Shown piece by piece: positions 60,985 to 64,000 of a stretch of 64,000 nucleotides of DNA. The notes under the pieces are model-generated. The model saw only the letters and a program-made list of their open reading frames with translations, made no database searches and was not told the origin of the DNA. A program made the translations under genes and the position numbers. The number at the start of each line of letters is the position of its first letter. The first letter of the stretch is position 1. This DNA is from Hemiscyllium ocellatum (Eukaryota), in NCBI RefSeq assembly GCF_020745735.1, contig NC_083419.1:73734096-73798095 (forward strand). The letters run 5' to 3'.

Positions 60985-63790
60985 TAGAACATTGAACATA
61001 GAACAGTTCAGCGCAGAACAGGCTCTTTGGGCCACGATGATGTCCCGAGATTTAACCCTAATGTAAAATGTAGTAATTTAACCTACGCACCCCTCAAATC
61101 ACTGCTATCTATGTGCATGATCAACAGTCACTTAAATGTCCCCAATGACGTTGCTTCCACCACCAAAGCTAGCAATGCATTCCATGCATTCACAACTCTC
61201 TGCATAAAGAACCTACCAAAGGACGTCTCCCTTTGACCTTCCTCCTAATATCTTCAAACGATGACTTTTCGTATTAGTAAATCCTGCCCTGGGGAAAAAT
61301 CTCTGGGTATTGACTCTATCTATTCCTCACATTATTTTGTACACCTTGCTCAGCTCTCCTCTCTCCTCCTTGTGTCCAGAGAGAAAGATCCAAGCTCGTT
61401 CAACCTTTCTTCCTAAAGCAAGTCTTTCAATCCAGGCAGCATCCTGGTAAACCTTCTTTGCGCCCTTTCCAAAGCCTCTGAGCTCTCCAATAGTAGCACG
61501 TCCACAACTGGACACAATATTCCAAGTGTGTTCTCACCAGGACTTGTAGAGCTGCAGCAAAACCTCACGGCTCTTAAACTCGATCCCCCTATTAATGAAA
61601 GCCGAAACACCATATGCTTTCTTGACACCCTATCCACTTGGGTGGCAACTTTGAGGGATCTATGCACTTGCACACCCAGATCCCTCTGTTCCTCCACATT
61701 GCCAAGAATCCTGTCTATAATGCTATATTCAAGATTCGAATTTGACCTTCCAAAATGCATCCCTTTTCATTTATCCAGGTTGAACTCCATCTGCCATTTC
61801 TCAGCCTAGCTCTGCATCTTGTCTATGGTACACGGCAGCATACAGTAGCCCTCTATACTATCAACGTCACCTCCAACCTTTGTGTCATCAGCAAAGTTAC
61901 TAACCCACACTCAAACAAGTCATTTATAAAATCTACAAAGAGCAGAGGCTCAAGAACACAGCCCTGTGAGATCCATCTCAACACTGCCTACCAAGCAGAA
62001 TCCTTTCCATCTATAACCACTGAATGCCCTCTGCCAAACAGCCAATTCTGAATCCAGATAACCAAATCTCCCTGTACCCCATACTTCCTGACTTTATGAA
62101 TAAGTCTTCCATGGGGAACCCTTACAAATAACTTGCTGAAGTCCTCATGCACCAAATCCACTGCTCGACCGTTGTTGACCTGTCTTGATACGTCCTCAAA
62201 GAAATCAATAGGATTTGTGAGGCATGACCTGCCCCCATGAAGCCATGCTGACTGCCTTTAATCACACAATGCTTTGCCAAATAGTAGTAAATCCTATCCC
62301 TCAGAATTCTTTCCAAACTTTGCTGACCACATACGTAAGACTGACTGGTCTCTAATTGCCAAGGATTTCCCTATTACTCCTCTTGAAATAAGGAACAACA
62401 TTCGCCTCCTTCCAATGCTCCAGTACGACTCCTGTAGAGAGTGAGGGGGCAAATAGCATCTCCAGCTGCTTAGCAACCTCCTTTCTTGCTTCCCGGAGCA
62501 GTCTATGATAAATCTGGTCTGGCCCTGGGGACGACTCTGTCTTAATGTTTTCCAAAATTGCTAGCACATCAACTTCATCAATCTTGATCTGGTCAAGACT
62601 GATCTGTCCCAGCTCCTCTAAGTTTCATTGACAACAAGTTCCATTTGCTTGTTGAAAATTGAAGCAAAAAAACTCATTTAGGTCTTTCCCTATCTGCTCA
62701 GACTCCACGCATAAGTTCCCTAACCTATCCCTGATCGGCGCTACCTTCTCCCTGATTATTCTCTTATTCCTCACGTATGCAAAAAATGCCTTTGGATTCT
62801 CCCTCATCCTTCCTGCCAAGCCTTTTTTGTGCGCCATCAGGGCTCGCCTCAGTCCATTTCTGAGCTCCTTTCTAGCAAGCCTGTAATCCTCTAAAACTGT
62901 GCTAGATCCTTGCTTCCTCCATTTTACATAAGCTGCCTGCTTCCTTTTTATGAGACGTTCCTCTGTTCTCGTCATTCAAAGTTCCTTAATCTTACCCCTT
63001 CTTACCTGTCTCAGAGGAACAAATTTGTGTATCACTCGCAACAACTACTCCTTAAACAGTCTCCACTTATCTGCTTTGCCCTTTCTGTGGAAGAATTGCT
63101 CCCAGTCTGTACTTCCCAACACCTGTCTGATAGCGTCATAATTTCCTTTTCCACAATTAAATATCTTCCCTCGGAAGCTGCTCCTTTCACTCTCGCAGAC
63201 TATGCTACATTTGAGGCAGTTGTGATCATTTTCACCAAAGTGGTCTCCTACCGTGAGTTCTGACACCTGTCCTGGCTTGTTGCCGAGCACCAAATCCAAA
63301 ATAGCCTCTCCCCTCGTCGGTCTGTACATATACTGAGCTGAAAATGTGTTGCTGGTTAAAGCACAGCAGGTTAGGCAGCATCCAAGGAACAGGAAATTCG
63401 ACGTTTCTGGCCAGAGCCCTTCATCAGGTTCTGATATACTGAGCAAGGAAACCCTCCTGAACACACCTGACAAAAACGGATTCATCCACACCATCTGCGC
63501 CTTAGGAGGTTCCAGTCGATTTTGGAAAAGTTGAAATCACCCATAACTATAATCCTACTACTTTTGCATTTTTCCAGAATCTGCCTGCCTATGAGATCTT
63601 CAGTCTCTCTCCTGTTATTAGGTGGTCTATAGAAAATCCCCAAATGTGGTAACTGTTCCCTTGCTGTTCCTAGCTTCCACCCATACTGACTCAGTAGACA
63701 AACCTTCCTCAACAACCTTCATTTCTGTAGCTGTGACGCACTCTCTGATTAACAATTCACACCCCCTCCTAATTTTCCACCCACGCTATT
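60985..63790 (-). mobile_element. CR1-type LINE ORF2 (APE to RT), decayed
   Basis: IVMGDFN, AILDLVLGN, SSPGPDQI, MDFSK-like and RRFTRMLPGL motifs in minus ORFs. Confidence 0.9.
63339..63433 (-). mobile_element. 95-bp hammerhead-bearing PLE-end insertion inside CR1, 11-bp TSD
   Basis: ATATACTGAGC at 63328-63338 and 63434-63444; minus CTGATGA a GGGC tctg GCCA GAAAC GTC gaat; removing it restores CR1 ...FLAQYMYRPTRGEAILDL. Confidence 0.9.
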
Positions 63791-63795
63791 CTTTT

Positions 63796-64000
63796 TTAGA
63801 TTTGATTAGATTAGATTACTTACAGTGTAGAAACAGGCCCTTCGGCCAAACAAGTCCACACCAACACTCCATAGTGCAACCCACCCAAAACCATTCCCCT
63901 ACAATTACCCCTTCACCTAACACTACGGGCAATTTAGCATGGTCAATTCACTTAATCTGCACATTTTTGGATTATGGGAGGAAACCGGAGCACCCGGAGG
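63796..64000 (-). mobile_element. HE1/V-SINE-like SINE (runs off the window end)
   Basis: (TAATC)n tail, ggcccttcggcc, ggaggaaaccggagcacccggagg core. Confidence 0.9.

Overview
Vertebrate, repeat-dense genomic DNA. The SINE, LINE and ZNF styles point to a cartilaginous fish, probably a bamboo or carpet shark (inference; no search was run). I found no intact host protein-coding gene. The window is a mosaic of: (1) CR1- and L2-type LINE fragments, including one 5'-truncated but uninterrupted CR1 RT ORF at 26267-27997(-); (2) HE1/V-SINE-like SINEs; (3) a decayed Ty3/Gypsy pol; (4) two Penelope-like elements (PLEs), plus short PLE-end insertions with 11-15-bp TSDs, several carrying a minimal type I hammerhead ribozyme core and several folded back on themselves; (5) a C2H2 zinc-finger pseudogene split by the young CR1; (6) an 8.6-kb 33-bp satellite with higher-order structure; (7) a class I (gamma/epsilon-like) endogenous retrovirus cluster with three LTRs and tRNA-Pro PBSs, a pol-less gag-env fusion, and a ~1.34-kb head-to-head LTR-PBS-leader inverted repeat centred on the 12-bp palindrome GAGGTGCACCTC. 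Weak remnants of Ig-superfamily-like exons, a ~1.2-kb local duplication and some CTCF, YY1, NRF1 and RFX motifs are also noted. All alignments were done by eye, so repeat boundaries are approximate.
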